Origin: Azolla caroliniana
Taxonomy: Eukaryota > Plantae > Polypodiophyta
NCBI GenBank assembly: GCA_043228905.1
Contig: JBHGNT010000004.1
Coordinates: forward strand, 9,796,001-9,860,000
DNA: 64,000 nt
Direction of reading: 5' to 3'
A program made the translations under genes and the position numbers. Each line of letters begins with the position of its first letter. The stretch's first letter is position 1. Under the pieces are notes generated by a model. It did not search any database and was not told where the DNA came from. It saw only the letters and a program-made list of their open reading frames with translations. This document shows positions 60,673-64,000 of the stretch, in pieces.

Positions 60673-63490
60673 ATGATAATCTTGCAAATGGCTTTATTCA
60701 ACATTCTCAATCTCCTACTGGCACTCCTATTTTTTTCGTTAAGAAGAAAGAAGGATGTTTACTTTTGGTCGTAGATTATCGAGGCTTGAACAAGGTTATG
60801 ATCCGAAATCGATATGCTCTACCATTGATTCCAAATCTCTTGGAATATCTCAGTGGGTCCAAATACTTCACAAGGCTAGACTTACAAGGTGCTTATAACC
60901 TTGTTCGTATTCGACCTTGTGATGAATGGAAAATTGCTTTTTGCACGCAATATGGTCACTTCGAGTACACAATAATGCCATTCGATTGTACAAATGCTCC
61001 AACAATTTTCCAACATATGGAAAATGATATCTTTCGAGATTTCCTTGATATCTTCACACTAATTTACTTGGATGACATACTAATATACTTATAGACACAA
61101 GAGGAGCACGATAACCATGTTCGACAAGTTCTCCAACGATTACGGGAATTTGGTCTTTTTGCCAAACTCTAAGAAATGTTGGTTTGACCGCAATCAAGTG
61201 GAATTTCTAGGGTATATGATCTCTCTGGAAGGTATTTCTATAGATCCAAAGAAAGTACAAACGGTTCTAGATTGGAAGACACCAGGCTTAGTTCGCGACC
61301 TGCAATGTTTCTTGGGATTTGCAAATTTCTACCACAATTTCATCAGGAGTTACTCAAAAGTTGCTTTGCCCCTCACAAAACTATCACAAAAGAACCAAAC
61401 ATTTGTATGCACGACAAGCGCATCCGATGCATTTGATAGCTTGAAGCAAGCATTTACATCTGCTCCGATTTTGGTCCACGTTGACCTTGAAAAGCCGTTT
61501 ATCATAGAAGTAGATACATTTGATTTTGCACTAGGAAGTGTTGTATCGCAAATAGCGCATGATGAGAAATTGCATCCAATTGCATTTCATTCAAGAAAGT
61601 TTGAACCTATAGAAATCAATTATGAAAACCATGACAAATAATTGTTGGCAATTGCTGATTCTTTCGAACAATGGTTTCACTTCTTGGAAGGTTCTCCCCA
61701 CCAAATTGTTGTTTACAGTGTGACGGGAACTCAACGCTCGTTATATGCAACGCTCGGCCACAACCGAGCTTAGAATCATACACAGAAAACGGGAAATAAT
61801 GAACGACATGAAGAAGAGACGAGTACGCAGGATGTTTACGTGGAAAACCCAAACTAAGGGAAAAACCACGGCAGCCCACAGGCTGCAAACTATCACTATG
61901 CTAGAATGTACAACAGTGAGTTCACGGAGGCAACGACCTCGTGCTCACGATCCTCGCCACAGGCGGTGGTTACAACAGAGGCAACGACCTCTTCCTCTCT
62001 CTCTCTCGCTCTCTGTACACTGTTACACACACGCTCTCTTCTTACACCAACAAGAAAATGAAAACTGCTACTAAAAGTTTGCCCTAAGTCATATTTATAC
62101 TAATATGACTTTTCGGCTATTTACAAATATAGCCATGATGGACTCTCAGAAACATATTTACGAATATGTCTCTTCATCCGGTCTTGACCGGGTCTGCACC
62201 ATCCGGCTCTCCATAGCCGGGTACTCCTCATTCGGTTCTCACTGGGTCTGCACCATCCGGCTCTCCGTAGCCGGGTACTCCTCATCCGGTTCTCACCGGG
62301 TCTGCACCATCCGGCTCTCCGTAGCCGGGGACTCCTCATACGGTTTCGGCCTCGGCCGAGTTTGTTCATCAGCATTGTTCTTCTCCCTTCCCATCCGAAG
62401 GGACCTGTCTCCCAACACAGTGATCATAAAAACCTCACATACTTTCAGAATGCTCAAGTTCTAAATCGATGACAAGCTCGGTGGACACAATTTTTGTCAC
62501 GGTTCAACTTTATGATAACATATCGACTAGGAATACAACAAGGTAAAGTTGATGCCTTATCAAGACGCTCTTATTTTGCACCAAAACCGGGGGACCCAAC
62601 TTATGACCATCAAGAACAAGTCCTTTTGAGCCCTAGTCGTCTACAATTAATGGTGACAAATGTTGCTGAGACAACTTTGGATTCAAAATTTCTTGATTCT
62701 ATTCGCTCAAGCATTGGTTCAAATGATTTTGCACAATACATTTTAGACCACATTGTTCCAACTTTTTGTACACGCTCCAACTTTTCTCGCATGGATTATG
62801 GGAACTTCAGTTGGCATGATGGGATTTTTTATCGAAACAACTGTACTTATATTCCCAATGGACCTTCTCGACTTGAAGTCTTGCATCACTGCCATGATTC
62901 ACCATTAGCTGGACATTTCGGAGTTTTGAAAACATTGGAGCTAGTTACCTAAAACTATTGGTGGCCTCAGGTTCGTCAATTTGTCATAGAATATTTTTCT
63001 ACATGTGATGTATGTTGTCAATCAAAGATGCCTCGACATCGGCCATATGGTTAGTTGCACCCATTGCCCATTCCAGATGGTCCGTGAAAATCCATTTCTA
63101 TCGATTTCATTACAGATCTCCCATCTTCCCAAGGCTATGATGCTATTCTTACAATCCCACGGTCAAGGATCGTCTAGAACAACTCAAAGAAATTCAAGCC
63201 AACCTTTCCCATAATTTGCTTCATGCTCTCATTATCTTCTTTTCTTGGATGTCTACATCTTCTTTGAAGCTTGGGCCGCGACAGAATTCATCAAGACATG
63301 CAATACTTGTGCTTGATCCAAAGTAGCATATCATCATTCATACAATCTTCTCTAACAACTCCCATTCCAAGCAGGTTGTGGGCATCTATGTCACTTAACT
63401 TCATCACCAACTTAGCTCAAGTTGATAGAGTCGACTCGGTGATAGTAACGGTCGACCATTTTACCAATTTGGTTCACTTTGTCCCCTAGG
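60673..63490 (+). mobile_element. Degenerate chromovirus-type (Tcn1/MAGGY-like) Gypsy pol fragment
   Basis: VDYRGLNK..RNRYALPLI..LDLQGAYNLVRI..EWK..YGHFEY..IYLDDILIY; RNase H DFALGSV..LHPIAFHSRKF; DALSRR; integrase HDSPLAGHFGVLKT..YWWP. Confidence 0.88.
61721..62417 (-). mobile_element. Solo LTR of the Copia-F family with TSD CAGTG
   Basis: TG..CA; homologous to the Copia-F LTR including the 54-bp repeats. CAGTG at 61716-61720 and 62418-62422. Splits the host RNase H motif VYS|DHK. Confidence 0.95.
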
Positions 63491-63729
63491 GAGTTCACTG
63501 TCAAAACTTGTATGATACCACATGAGTTCATCAAAAGGGGTTTAAATTAGTCACAAAGATACAGAATGTATATATATAAGGGTATTAATAAATATTTGGA
63601 AATATATTTACATAAGGGTATTATCGATTATGCTAGTGAAAGCAATTTCATAACCCCATGAAATATTACATATTTCAATGAGATAGTAAAGAATATATTA
63701 TACAAACAATACTCAAATTTGGAGTAGCA

Positions 63730-63935
63730 TATATACATACATTATTTTATACATACATACATATACATGCATGCATGCATATATACCTACATTCAAACAT
63801 TACATCCATGAATATGTATATACATACATTACACCCATTTATACATGCATACTCACTAAACATAAATATATGTACAAATTATATATATTAGCATATGTAA
63901 ATATGTACATACACATACATAAATACATTACATAC
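63730..63935. repeat. AT-rich degenerate (TACA)n/(TA)n low-complexity tract
   Basis: Runs such as atacatacatacatatacatgcatgc. Confidence 0.8.
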
Positions 63936-64000
63936 TACGATCTAACATTTCATTGACGTATGTGATAAGAAAAAACAGGAGAAAAAACAGAGAACACTGA

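Noticed and set aside
63491-64000. Possible host intergenic or promoter sequence
   Set aside because: AT-rich low-complexity DNA with no supportable feature.

Overview
This 64-kb window is eukaryotic, gene-free, TE-dense DNA, most likely from a non-seed land plant such as a fern or bryophyte (inferred from the element types, not proven). It is essentially a stack of nested retrotransposons. I resolve eight Ty1/Copia copies plus a solo LTR, seven Ty3/Gypsy copies or fragments from three lineages, and one L1-type LINE. Many insertions can be bounded exactly by TG..CA termini, PBS/PPT and 5-bp target-site duplications (TSDs). Nesting is four levels deep: LINE > Copia-D > Copia-E > Gypsy-P3, Copia-F and Copia-G. 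Only Copia-H (48097-53388) is intact, with a 1358-aa gag-pol ORF and apparently identical LTRs. Four things stand out. (1) A gag-PR-RT-IN Gypsy element (28548-34223) is bounded by 112-bp terminal INVERTED repeats, i.e. two U3 ends, with a perfect GTTCG TSD. (2) An antisense tRNA-like A-box/B-box module with a covarying hairpin sits in two divergent Gypsy LTRs. (3) A conserved ~880-codon extra 3' ORF occurs in two Gypsy copies. (4) The young intact Copia has LTRs that both end in non-canonical TA. No host protein-coding gene, rRNA, true tRNA or CRISPR array is supported.
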